A stretch of 62,623 nucleotides of DNA, the filler included, from Choristocarpus tenellus KU-1152 (taxonomy: Eukaryota; Protista; Phaeophyceae): NCBI GenBank assembly GCA_964200185.2. It is 8 parts of 8 records of this genome, joined end to end, with 100 filler letters (N's around TTAATTAATTAA, not from the genome) between each part and the next. Parts side by side here need not be neighbours in the genome. Positions count along the whole stretch, not along the records: positions 36,421 to 41,958 come from CAXNAD020010476.1; positions 42,059 to 62,623 come from CAXNAD020000389.1; 6 more parts are not named here. One strand, given 5' to 3'. Each line of letters begins with the position of its first letter. Within the stretch, counting starts at the first letter, position 1. Made by a program: the position numbers and the translations under genes. Below are positions 37,488-50,700 of this stretch, piece by piece. Under the pieces are notes generated by a model. It was not told where the DNA came from. It did no database searches and saw only the letters and a program-made list of their open reading frames with translations.

Positions 37488-38065
37488 TTGCTGTCTAGAC
37501 GTGTCATGCGTTTTAAGCTGGAGACACCAGTGAGATGGGCAAGGAGAGGGTTGTTTAGATTCTTGGGATGAGTGCAAGTATCTTAGAGGGTACGAGTTTT
37601 GTCCTCTTTGTCCATTTGGGGCTTGGCTTCCCTCGGGTTATTTTATGACATTTTCCTACTCCAAAATAATTCGGAGTAGGTAAAATGTGCACGTTATGAA
37701 AAGGTGTGTCCGCAACAAGGATATTGACACTTCCTAACAAATGCGATAGGTCAAAATTGCATCAAATTCGCAACATTGGATTTTGACCCCCAAATGAACG
37801 CGGCTCTACCCTCTAAGACACTTTGGTTCGGATGCTTCCCTGGCTCCTCACCCTGGGGTGCATACCTAAGCTAGGTTGGAGGCACAGGAAGGCAGTGGTA
37901 CAGCATACCTGATAGTAAAATAGTAAAAGAGTAGATTAAAGTTTTTCACATTTGTGATGACAACTGTTACTTTTTTAGAGTTTATTTTGTGACATTGGAA
38001 TGGTTTTTCATTTGTTTTTTCTCTGACACGTCTCCAAAATGTCACAGCGCATAATAATAATAAAA
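37488..38065 (+). mobile_element. 5'-truncated CRE-like non-LTR element 3' end with (TAA)n tail, interrupted by a MITE
   Basis: LLSRRVMRFKL ORF end plus UTR, homologous to 41480-41745; tail ATAATAATAATAAAA at about 38051-38065. Confidence 0.65.
37575..37825. mobile_element. MITE family B (TIR CAAAGTRTCTTAGAGGGTA); other copies about 42059-42125, 43132-43380, 57777-58010, 58415-58846
   Basis: AAGTATCTTAGAGGGTA...TACCCTCTAAGACACTTTG termini with a conserved interior (GTAAAATGTGYACGTTATGAAAAGGTGTGTCC). Confidence 0.75.
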
Positions 38066-38115
38066 GTGTAGGGGAAACGATATAAAGTAAAGAGTACAAT
38101 AAATACCACAAGACC

Positions 38116-38286
38116 CAAAGTATCTGGGGGGGGGGGGGGTCTACACCAGAGTGTACACTTGGATCATAACCAGGAAAAGTGCACTTTCATTATCCATGCC
38201 ACGTATGGAATCAAATCATCCAAAAATCGCGACATGAAAAAATTGGCCCCAAGTGGACAACCGCCCCCGCCCCCCCAGATACTTTG
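38116..38286 (+). mobile_element. MITE family A, full copy
   Basis: TIRs CAAAGTATCTGGGGGGG / CCCCCCCAGATACTTTG around about 140 bp of non-coding interior shared with 58452-58620. Confidence 0.8.
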
Positions 38287-38531
38287 ACCCACAACAATAA
38301 TAAGTCATAGAGTTTAAGGTTATGGGGAAGTTTTATGAAGTTATCTAAGTTTTGTGAGTGGGAGAATTCGTAGAATGGAATACGTATGGTAAGGTGTGTG
38401 TTGGCAGGGGTAAAAAGAAAATAATTGGAAAGTGGACGAAAAGTTAAGGACTGGGTAGCTAGGAGGCAGAAGAGGTAGGTGAGAAGTCGAAGAAATGAGT
38501 GGTAGGTGGAGGCACGAGGTAGGCAGGAACA

Positions 38532-38754
38532 AACAGCCGATTTCAAAAATTGAGGATGGAGCTTTTCATTGAGGATGGGCTTGACCCAAAATTGACTGGG
38601 ATAAAGTGTTGATATATATATATTTTTTAATGTAATTACAGTAATGTAATGTTTAATTACAATAAAAAACATATCGACACTTTATCCCAGTCAATTTTGG
38701 GTCAAGCCCATCCTCAATGAAAAGCTCCATCCTCAATTTTTGAAATCGGCTGTT
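38532..38754. mobile_element. Young foldback/MITE with 84-bp near-perfect inverted arms
   Basis: 38532-38615 is the reverse complement of 38671-38754 with one mismatch seen; AT-rich 55-bp spacer; a related end lies at about 41910-41958. Confidence 0.85.
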
Positions 38755-41309
38755 AACAGGCCGAACCAGTGGCGAAGCTAAGGGTGGTGGTGCATGACAA
38801 GCAGGGCAAAATCAAGGCAACCTCCGAGCAATCTTTCCCACCCACTCATCCTTTCGATTGCTAATGATTGAGTGGAATGCTGGGGAAGGTGGAGAGAGGT
38901 CAAGTTCAGGCGGGGTAGATGTCTTCTAGTTCAAAGGCACGGTGTTGAAGTGGATGGTGGGGGGGTGTTCTTGGAGAAATGTGGAGTGTTGTGGAGTGGA
39001 GTTGAGTGGTGTGGTGGAGAACGATGTAGTGGAAAGTGGTGGAAACTGTTATGGAGGAACGTGGTTGGTGACTGGAAACTTGTGGTGAAGATTAGTCACA
39101 CTAGTTGGTCATCGGATATGGGTGGTGACTGGAAATCAGTGGCGAAGATTGTTTTTGCTGGTTGGTCACTGGGAATGAATAGATGGAATGCTAAGTCAAG
39201 GCAAATTAATAAATCCAGAATTCGTGAGCAAACCAAAACTCATTTTCATCCCTTCTCGGGCTTGCCTTTTATAAATCGTCACAATAAATGAAACATCCCA
39301 ATCGTTCTCAAAATGATGCTTGGAGTGGTGTAATATATCACTTGTGATTTTAGGTTGCCCCTCCATATCCAGGGAGAGATATATTCAGGAACAACGGGGT
39401 CACCACTAGGAGTGGGTAAGGGGTTGCCCGTATGTATCTACAATCTATGTAGGGGGGAAAGGATTTTGAATTCTGAAACATTGCCCAAAGTGCCCACAAG
39501 TGACGGTATCGAGGATAGCGTTGGGGTTGTTGCACTTTGCCTCACGGCTCTCCATCAGCTGAGTATCCCTGAGCGATGTTATGGGCTTGATCGAAGCCTA
39601 ATAACCTCAGGAGAAGGGCTGCACGCTAAAGTTTGCGAAGAGAAGCAACTGATCTCAAATAGGAGTAGTATATCTCTTGGCTGGTACCCACCCTAACAGA
39701 CAAACACAGATTTAATGAAATCGTTTCCCATGGAACATATTTCTCGACATAGGGAGCTGAAGTAAAAGCTCACAATAGCTGCAAATGTGCCTACTGTCCT
39801 CCGGTACATATCGCACCAGGTCTCAAAGCTGCCCTTGGAGCATGCCACATGTATCATACATGGACTGCAAATCATCCCAGAATGGCCGGCCCTACGACAG
39901 GTTGCACCTCGACCCCTCTCTATAGTTTCACACACTGCATCACGTTGTGATGGCAAAAAATGTTTCTTCTTATTATTCAATCCATTTCGACCCGAACAAG
40001 TCTCCATTTCGTGCACCGTAGTACGAGAAAGGTGCAATCACGATGATGTTCCGGTCAAATGTGACATAATACAATATCACAACCCTCTTTTTTACACGGT
40101 CCTCAACCATTTCAGCAGAGATGCTTATGGATTTACTTTTACATTTCACTAATGAATCGAAAAAACATTCAAGCAGAAAACCTCGCTTTCAAAATCCTCA
40201 CTTCAATGCTAAGGTCACATGGGGAATCGACCTTTGATATCCAACCAAGTATCCGAGGTCAACGTGTGGTGTCTATTGATACCAAACTCGCGCCTCAATT
40301 CCCTGGTACGACCCTATATATCTCCACCCTAGGCTATTTCCGAGCCAAACGGTACTCCAATGGGTGGACTACAGGTGACTTCTAACGCACCAAAAAAGGT
40401 TAGAATTTCAGGACAAAAAAAGTGGAAAAACCTGATAATGAATGAAACCACCCAATTTTCTTCCTCGAAAAAAAAAGAAGAGAAAAGTACATAGGATATT
40501 ACAACTGGGCACCCTTAAACTTACACAAAATTCTGACAAGATACTTAGGTGGGACTCGAACCAATGTTGATGTTGGTCCCATTTAAATATTCGAACGTGT
40601 TTATAGAATCAGGAAGTTACCATATCCATTGTTGGTCATATTGTCACGATGTGACCTACAGCCTGGTTGGGTTATGTTCAAACAGTTCATGGCCATGAAC
40701 TTGGTCATGTTCGAACTTAGTTGTACAGGGTTGGGATGGCCCCGGTGACGCTCAGTAGTGACGACCATGGAGTTGGCCAGGGTCGAGCTTCATTGTACCT
40801 TGCCAACTTTCAGTTCGGGTCATCGTGTTGAATAAGTAGTGACGGGTTATTGTGGACTCGGTCGTGTATGAATCGTGTCATTCTGTGGCGGCGTGGTTCA
40901 CTCAGCCAAGGGTGGTTAAGAGAATCACTGCCCAAGACGGACCAGATGGACCAGATGGACCAAGACAAACCATAACCGAGATGATGAGGTTAAGGTTGTA
41001 CAAGTGCAAGACCGTACAAAACTGACTGCGTGAGGACCTTCGTGATGAGAGAGGATCATCGCAAATGTCATGTTGTGAGAACGAAGTTAATTTTTCAGGT
41101 TTGACAATTCTGAACTAAGGACAGTTCCATATCTGTGGAACTGGTCTTTTGAAGAGATTTCATGAATTCATTCTTAGGGGAGATCCTCCACTGGAATCAG
41201 AAATTCCTGACAAGGAACCTCAATTGGTATAACGGTATAATTGTGAGTGGTATACGGCAAAAGCGGTATAATAAAAGACAAACCTGATTTCGATATGTGT
41301 TAGAATATA

Positions 41310-41745
41310 GCAACACCTTCGCAGTGGAAATGTTTGAGCGCCTGGGCAAGCAAGCGGAATGCTTCCTGGATGAGCTGGCTACACACATGGTAGAGGGAGA
41401 GAGGAACTGGAGGATATAACAGGAAAGGAGCTATTATTTCTCAGCTACGGCAAATTGTCTCAGTAACTACGTAAGCGGCACTGTCTGGACATGTAATGCG
41501 TTATAAGCTTGGAGCCACCAGGGAAATGGGCACGGAGGGGTTTGTTGGATTCTTCGGATACCTACCTAGCTCCTCACCCTGAGGCACAGGAATAGGTAGA
41601 TTGGAGGAACAGGAAGGGAGCGGTACAACATAGATAGTGATGAAGTTACAAATACATTACTGTTTTTCATAGTTGTGACATTTTATTTCTTTCAGGCTTA
41701 TATTGACAGGCAAAATGTTAGAGGTCACAACAATATAATATAGAA
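41310..41745 (+). mobile_element. CRE-like (restriction-like endonuclease) non-LTR retrotransposon 3' remnant
   Basis: TFAVEMFERLGKQAECFLDELA..KGAIISQLRQIVSVTT*AALSGHVMRYKL (AVExFGRLG motif of the RLE C-terminus), followed by the shared UTR. Confidence 0.65.
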
Positions 41746-44700
41746 TGTATGGCTAACCATGTAATATTTTTTCGACACTTGGGTCATTATGGATGACTCC
41801 CTGTTCACCATCCACTGTTTCCTGTATGTTATTTTCTTTGTATATTTTACATTTTATCCTGTACTCCTCTACTACTATAAATGCTGAATACTAAATATAT
41901 CATACAATTAACAGTGGATTCGCAAAATTGAGGATGGAGCGGGACTATGAGGATGGTTNNNNNNNNNNNNNNNNNNNNNNNNNNNNNNNNNNNNNNNNNN
42001 NNTTAATTAATTAANNNNNNNNNNNNNNNNNNNNNNNNNNNNNNNNNNNNNNNNNNNNAGAACCCATGGGAAGCCAAGCCCCAAATGGACAAACAGGGCA
42101 AAACTCGTACCCTCTAAGACTCTTTCACTCTGGCAAGAAATGGCCTTAAACGGTATGGAGAAGATGGTAGGCCCAAAATGTGATCTTTCCTGATGCTGTC
42201 CGACCATGGCCCGAGCCTGCCTGTGGTACCTTCACTGGGTAAAGGTTACGCACATACAAGCTACAAATGTACACATAGCTCGATTATCACATTCTCCACA
42301 CCCAGGCTCAGATCACCCCCTTGCGTGAAACCCACCTCTTCTACCCAGGCACAAAACCCCCTGTGTCCTTCCTACTGGTGCATCTGAAGCACTGTTGCTG
42401 CTGGCTAGTGGAGAGTCTCCCCCTTGTTTTCCCCAGGCACAGACCAAACAGTCCCGCCATGTGACTTCCCTCCTGGTGCTGCTCGAGCACTGTGGCTGCT
42501 GAGTCACAGTGCCCTGCTTCTCCTCCTTTTCTCCTATCGCAACCCCAAAGGGGCGTATCCAGGCACAACCCCCCACTGTTTCTTTCCTCCCGAATCTGCT
42601 TGATCACAGGGAGTACCTACTGACCGAGCTTCCCCTCCTGTTTTCCCCCCAGCAGAGTCGTCCCCCATAACCTGCTCATGGTATTGCGCCTTACAGTACT
42701 CTGTCCTTGCCATAGAAAGTCCGCAGTAGCCCATTGTGGTTGTTGCACGAGATTATCGCTCGACAGCATTTTCACCACATATTTGGCAGAGTCCATGTAA
42801 TTCTCAAGACAGGTGTAATTCTGTTGAAGTGCAGTAAAGATGTGAATTTGCAGTGTGATACGCTGGGACCAAACACGCGAGAGCTTGTAGTTGTTTGAGA
42901 GACCTCCAAGGTAGGAAGGAAGAGCACCTTCACCACAAATTAGTCTTGGACACAGATATGAGCACGGCAAATGCAGTACAGGCCACACTCCCACCTCAGT
43001 CACTTGGATACCGCAGCTCCAACCATCCACATGTCTTCTAGGTGGTGGAAGGTTTGATTAATGTAACTCTTTATTGCCCCCACAGAGACCTTGAATGGGC
43101 AAGTAGATATTGTTGGGACGATTGACCCAGTCAAAGTATCTGAGAGGGTAAGGCCCCGTCTTTTTGGGGCCAAAACCCAATGTTGCAATTTTGATACACC
43201 TTTGGATATCGTGTTTGTTTGGAGATACCAATATCCTTGTTCCAGACAAACCTTTTCATAACTTGCACATTTTACCAAAATCCTGATAAGCATTTTGGAG
43301 TAGGTAAAATGTCGTCAAAACCGAGGGGAAGCTAAGCCCCAAATGGACAAGCAGGGCAAAACTCCTACCCTCTAAGATTATTTCACTCGCCTACAAAACC
43401 ACTCCCTAATAGACGAGGGACCTGATTCACTGTGAACAACGAGCACGACCACTGGTAGACTGGGAATGAACATTGGTTGCATAGGGTACACGGTGCAGTC
43501 CTAGTTAAGCATCCCAGAGGTATACTCATCTGTTCTGTGTGTGGCATCAGGAGCGAGCAAACGAAATTACACTCAGCCAACACATCTGAGTAGGACGGTG
43601 TAAAAGTGAAGAGATTACGCAGATCATTGTCGTGCGGATAAAATATGCCAAACCGACCATGTCCACCACCCTGGACCTCGTTTAGGAGTCAAAATAATTT
43701 TATAATTTTCGCACATAAAAAAATCACTCAAAAACAACTACATCCATCACAAACACCGGTCTCGTTTGGGGGTCCATACATGAAGACACGCCAGGAACAA
43801 ATCAAAGGCGCCTCCGATCCTTCATTCCGCCTAAAAGCTCTTCCTCAACCCATCAGAAATCCTTCACTTCATCACACAGTAAAAATAAATAATACAAAGA
43901 AAAGCGAAGAAATACCTGAGAGTATTATACTGTCCATATTATCAACAAAATAAAACATTGCATGCAATAAATAGGACCGTCACTATGATTTCAAATGACC
44001 ATCGCAAAAATATTGTACACTACCTAAAAGTAATTGTAGTAGTAGTTTGAGATATGAAAGCAAGGGAGGGCCGTATAAGGCAACGTTAGTGGAGACGTGA
44101 GTCAAAGCAAACGCGAGGTATCCGGAGTTGCACTAAGGATGCCGAGAAATATGTGCAAAATTCGATATTTTTACGAATATGTGTAGGATATTTTCTGAAT
44201 TGTGTTGGAAAAATTTGAAACAATATAGAATTAAACACTCAAATTCGAACTTGGAATTTCATCCATAGAAATATAGGTGAATTGAAAAAGATTGAAAGAA
44301 AGATTTGAAATGTAAAACGGACAAAACCTGGGTACCCTTCGTTTACTTTGGCTCAGTAATGCAGTGTGCTCTACCTCTGATCATGGGTTAGCGTTCGAAA
44401 TGGGCTTTGATTTAGTTCCAGCGTGGCTAAGAGAAGATTGTTGAATGTGCGTAAGTGGGGTTAGTTGTACCGTTCGGGGGTAAATGAACAGTGTCATGCC
44501 GCTCCATTGAGTACCGAAACCCAAGTCGGCGCCCCACCTGCTGCATACTTCAGTGTAAAATGGATGGTAGGAGTCGGGATAGTCTACCGAGTAATCAAGT
44601 GCAGAAAGTGTACATAAATCATTTCAGCATAATCTACTACTACGTCAGTAGTAGTGATGAAATGAAGTATCTAAAAAATATATATTCTTGAAGCTTTTTT

Positions 44701-44989
44701 TATCATAGAAACAATAGATTGAAGGGAGGGGTGTAGACACTATAACCACAGTCGACCTACCCCTGCAAGGAATCTCTCCTCAGTAGGATTGCACTTTATG
44801 CTTGTAAAGCTCGACTAGTATATTGAGAGTGAGCCTAAGGCGGTTTCAGATTAGACATGCTCCAGAAAAAGCAAAATCAATGCCAACGCGAACCACAGAT
44901 GTATGAAAAACCTCGATCTCGGGGTCTACATGGGGAAATGTATGAAAAACGTTCGTGGGAAAGGAAGGGTCTCATGAAAGATGCTAGAA

Positions 44990-45850
44990 GGGAATGGGAG
45001 TTGCATGGCGAACGTTTCAGATATCCACCGCTTCATGGCGTTTTATTGGACTATAAGCAGACCACGTGACTCTATTGGTCGAAATCTCGTGACGGATGTG
45101 CCTGCCAAATTTGGAGTTCTGGAGAAGATCATTTCAGTCTTACGCCAATTCCGCAAGGGAATCGGGGCATGCTTCTGCGTGGAAGATGGGTAATGCACGG
45201 ATTGATTTGAGGTAGGACAAGGCCTTAGACGAAGGCATGTATTTTCCCCCCAAACATTCTGTTCAACAGATTCTTAACCAAGCAGCAACAGTAAGGGTTA
45301 CCTTTGCGCCTCCAGACAACACAAAGCATGCCTGCCGAGTTACAGAGGCTATGTTTCGACTTGGCCGACATATTAGTTGGCTGGATTGCAGACGATGTCA
45401 TTCCCAGTGCGGATTTACTAGAAGAGTCAATCTCTACTCACAACAATTCGGCATGAAGAAGGCGAATTCCTTGCGGATAGAGATCCAGTCTGGCAGGCGG
45501 AAAGGTCAACGGGGCAACACTCACCACCATCTACTCGTAAGGAATACTAAGGAGAGGGAATCGATCAAAATGCACACCTATAGGTGAAAGTCCTGGGAGT
45601 TGTGGCAAGTATGCTACAACTGAATGTTATTGTCTGGGGTGGAAGATGGTGTTCAACAGGATGATGGGCAACAACACCTTAGGGTGCATCGTGTTGAGCA
45701 ACTTGATGGGAGGATAGTGCATGCTTCAGAGGGAGTACTGTCCACTTGTTGTATGTCCTACCCCAACCAAGGGACAAGTATTGGGGATATCACCTACTGG
45801 CCAGGAAAGAATTCTGGTTACATTGGCTTCCTAGAGCCGAAGTAAGTTGT
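44990..45850 (+). mobile_element. RTE-type LINE reverse transcriptase remnant
   Basis: DSIGRNLVTDVPAKFGVLEKIISVLRQFRKGIGACFCVEDG*CTD*FEVGQGLR corresponds to RT DSVDRxxLWxxLxxFGVPxKxxxxIRQF..FxVxQGLRQG; stops and frameshifts present. Confidence 0.75.
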
Positions 45851-47430
45851 TCAGGTACAATAACAATTGATAGTAAAGTAGCAATTGTTAGGTTGATGAT
45901 GTGGGATTCCTTTAGCATTTCTTCGTGGTTGCAGAGAAGAAATGTGGAAATGTGTGTGTGTGCATGCGTGCGTGCGTGTTGTTGTATGTGGGTACCTTCA
46001 ATGTTGCATGTGTAGAATATTTTCCGTCATGCATGCTCAATGCATATTAAATACACTGCATGTACTCAAGAGTTTAGGTACGTAGTGTGTCTAAGTGTAG
46101 CGCGTAGCTCTAACACTGCTTTCTGTGCAGTATTCGATGTTTTTTCACGTTTAATTTTTACAGGAGGTGCATGGAATGTATTGTTCTTAGTATCTGGTAT
46201 ATGTGTATACATCCATCCGTCCGTCTTTTGGGACGCAATGCGATGATGTATAGGAAACTTCAACGACTAGCCTTTTCCCATAGTGAATGTTCATCCTGGA
46301 CCTGGTGCCTCCTCTCTCATTCCCAACAACACCACCCTATCTTTTATTTGTCCTTGCCGTTATCAATACCACAATGTTGTTGTTATAGTTGTGAATCGTA
46401 GTAGAAGTAGGAGTAGTAGTACGAATGGTTTTAGTACAAGAAGTAGTAGTAGACTATCGGGTAATACGTTTTACAGTCGCAGACATAGGGACAGACGACT
46501 TGAAGTTATCAAACACCGAATTTGTAAGGAGATAAAGATTTCCCCAAACTTAGGATTGGTGGTAAAGGAGTTGATATATATGCACCACACAACATACGGG
46601 GTTCTGACATTACAAAGGAACTATTCAATACAACAATCATCGTTGTCAACGTTTGAGGTAAGTGCGACACGCATTAACATGCCAACAGAGCGCGCACACG
46701 CGCACGTCACACCTCCAGATTGCGCCTCATTTCAACAAGTTCACCACTAAGGACAAACCGCACTGTGCATGAGAAAATTCCAATTTTACTTCTGACAGAA
46801 CTGAATTGCCACATCCATTCAAATCAGAGGAAACGCCACTCTAACTTTGAATGAGTCTAAGATATACTATGTTTCCAGTTGAAAATAAATAGTCTAATTC
46901 TGGATTCAAAAGGACTTGTGTTGAATTTAGACTGGCTATTACAACAACACCCTAACATGTTAATACCTATGGAAGGGAGGCATGTATGACGAGTTAATAT
47001 GGGCTGGAAGATTTGGAGAAAACCCAGATATGACGATTTTGAAGGGAGTTTTGGTTCTTTTTCGGTCTAATGATGCCAAGTGTGTGCGAACGTATCATGC
47101 GAGGAGAGAAAGTCTGATGTTTACGTGACTGGAAGTATATGTACACGTACGTATATGAAGAAATCCCGTATCGTGTATGTTCTGTAGGAATGTGAAGGGT
47201 GAACCTGTGCATTTCACGTCCAAGACAATACGCCAAAAATCGGTCTACGACTTCGTCGGACATGGGTGGTTGGTTTCTTACTCTGCTTAATTAGGGAAAT
47301 ATAGATTATTAAAGGGCTGTCCGTGAAGTGTAAATTGCTTATGGTGATTCACGAAGTTTGTGTTAATATTTCCAATACAATAACACCAATAGTTTGCTGG
47401 CGTTTGAAAGTATAACTAGAAATGGGCGCT

Positions 47431-47732
47431 TGTGAGAGCCATCTTCCAAAGAAGGTATACCTTGAAGTTAACGTATCTTGAAGAACCTGATATTCACGTG
47501 ACATTTGTTCTTGCATCTTGAAGGCAATATCTGCTTGAAGTAAACAGAAGGTGGTTTGGGGGGACATTGCAACCCCCCCTCATTCACTTTCCACTTGTTT
47601 ACTCTTCCCTGGGTAATCTTCCGAGGGATTGCTCTCCCTCTTGACTCGTCTCTCTTCATTTCCTTGCCTCTTGTGGGTCTTCCCACTCCCCTTCAGTCTG
47701 AAGAACCTGTGGACTTGTTTTCATCTGTTTTA
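47431..47732 (+). repeat. 5' LTR
   Basis: Starts TGTGAGAGCCATCTTCCAAAGAAGGTATACCTTGAAG; direct repeat of 53038-53340. Confidence 0.9.
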
Positions 47733-50700
47733 AAGTGGCGACGACGGCAATGATTCTGAAGTGGGAGAGTACTTAACGGTACTTTTGGGTGAACTCTTAG
47801 TACGTTGCCTGTACTTTGAGCACCACACTTATCCTATATACGTGTGCCACATCATTCGGACTGGAGTATAGTTCGATCAAGGAGACGACAGAACACGTTC
47901 CACACAACTGAGAATCGTTTTCAGAGCTTCATGGCGGAGGAATACAACGAGAACAAACATCTACTACCACCTTTCCACGACCAAGATCCTTTAGAATTTG
48001 ACGAGGTTATTTTAGAAGATGGAAGGAAACTTCTCGTTCACAAATCATCTGGAGTCTTTGTGGGCACAGATTTCCTGGTGGTTGACCAACGTGTGGTCCA
48101 GCAATTGATGTTATGCAAAAGAGAGCTATTCCAATAGAGTCCTTGCTTTATGTTGTACGGATGTATTATTAACGGAGTGAGCACAGCCCTCGGTGTTGGG
48201 GTGCTCTCCCTTATATTATTATCTATTGCGCACGTCAGCAAACACGTCAAAAATGTGTATGTGTCAGTAGCACTACGTCAGCCACCTATATTAAACAAAG
48301 TAAGAACTCAATCCTTCGAGACTCGAACCTGCTACTCTAAGCGCAACGAATCAAGTCCTCCAACCTCCCTCTACTCAGTGAATAATTCTGTTACAACTCA
48401 CTGCTCGAAAGGACATAACCCCCTGTAGACTGCCTAGCCTATATTGCACAGATGTCGACGGGAAATCACCCACTCAGTCAACAACCCTTACACCATCAAC
48501 ATCCCCTGTTCCCATTTCGCCTGAGGGAAAAAAAATCAATTCCCCAGAATCAGAAACGCTTGTACCTGTTGTAAGTGATGAAACTCCATCCGATACTTGT
48601 GAAAATGTTTTAGAACCCCATATATGTTCATTTCATGATATTGATTCACAAAATGTCAATACCCCTTGGCAATTTATTGCTATTGTTCGAACAGTTAGAA
48701 CGTGGGATGCTGATGATGGTTCAGCGTTAGTAAAGATTGTTAATATGTCTACACAAACAGTTCATTTACCAAAGGGTACTCTACTTGGTCATATCTACCC
48801 AGTAGATACAGTCAACACCAGACACTCTCATATTAGTACTGTATCTTCAACATCTCTACCCCGGTGTCTGAATGAACGCGTCTTGATAATGCGTTGAGAT
48901 CTGCTTTCGTCAACATAACTTTCTCTTCACCTCAATACACAAAACACTGAATCTTTATGCCAGATTCCGTTCAGTAGTTTCCCTCGAAACCTCTAAATTG
49001 GGAACTTGCACAATTGCTTAAGCCGATCTTCCTCTCGAACCAGGTACCAGACCTATTTGTCGAGCAGCATATCGAACCAATCCACATGTTAGAGGCATTA
49101 CTGATAAATGTGACGAAGATTTACAGAATCAAGGACTAATTGAAGCTCGTTCTGGGCCATGGGGGTCCCCTGTTACTATTGTAGCCAAAGCAGATGGGAC
49201 CCCAAGATTCTGCATTGATTATCGAAAGACCATAAATTAATACCTCATCAAACGTTCTTGGCCCATGTCCTTAGCTGAAGAACATCTTGATTCTACTGGT
49301 GCAGAACATCTCTTTCTGTTGCAGATGTTCAAGCAGCATATCCATCAAATTCCTGTGGCGGAAGAAGACATCGACAAGACTGCTCTTGTCACCCATAAAG
49401 GCAAGTGCGTATGTAAACGGCTTCCTTTTGGTCTGAGTAATGCCCCCTTTACTTTTCAACGCATGATGGATCGAGCTCTATCTGATTTTGGCACGGGGTC
49501 AGGTCTGTTTTGTTACATGGATGATGTTATTCTTATTTCTACCACTCGGGATAATCTTACAGCTTTGCTTGAAAAGCTTTTTATGACCCTTCAAAATGCC
49601 AGCCTTACTTTGAAACCTTCTAAACGGAAGTTTGGCCCAGCAAAAGTTGAATACCTTGGTCATATTGTTTCTAGTGCAGGGGTACGTCTTGGAAAGGCTC
49701 GAATTCGAGCCATTGTTGACCTACCCACTCCTCGAACAATCAAAGATATCCGTTCTATCCTTGGTATGTGCAATTTTTGACGAAAGCTCATCCCACATTA
49801 CACAGACTTGACGGAACCCATCCTATGATATACACGTAAGGAATTCTTAGCACGTCCTCCTGGTGAACTAGGAAAAGCATGGACTTCAGTTCACGATACA
49901 GCATTGAAAAAATTAAAACGGCATTAACCTCGGCTCCTCTCTTACACTATCCTAATTTTTCAAAATCTTTTGTGGTACATGTGGATGCTTCAAACTTGGG
50001 CAGCGGTGGTTTTCTTGCTCAAGAAGCGTCAGATGATCCGACGGACACATCACTTCATATTGTGGCTTGTTCTAGGGAGAAATTTGATGGAGCACAACGA
50101 AATTACTCCGCCACATACAAAGAATGTTTAGCAGTAGTCCATTAACCACTGCCGCCCATATCTTTGGGGTCGACATTTTGATTTATTCACTGACCATGCG
50201 GCACTCCGATATCTCTTTATTGCATGCAAGATGCAGATAATATGTTGGCACGTTGGGCTCTTGCTCTCCAATGTTTCGACTTTACACTTCATCACACACC
50301 AGGCAGAGACAGTGTCGTACCTGATGCCCTTTCTCGCCTCTTTGATAATGAGATCAACCGTATGCCGAAAGTACTTGCTCCTATCAGGAGGGATATTCCG
50401 GGAAAATATTGTCAAGTACTATAACCCCACGTCAAGCATACAAAAAATATGTCCAGATCGCCTTCATGAATTAGATTCAATTCAGAGTGACCGTGAACGT
50501 TTCAGTAGTTCGGTGAATATCTCTCCAACTTTGGACCACACCAAAATTCGTTCGGCACAAATGAATCAATCTTCTCTATATTTTGCGTATTTTGAAGCCC
50601 CCAATCCAGTGTCTCTACCTCCCCATAAATCGAGGTACAGATTGTCATATTTTTATGTTGATGCTGGCACGATCTTGCTTTGCCAATCATATTTCCCAGG

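Noticed and set aside
39300-40400. Possible DNA transposase remnant
   Set aside because: No diagnostic motif could be read in any frame.
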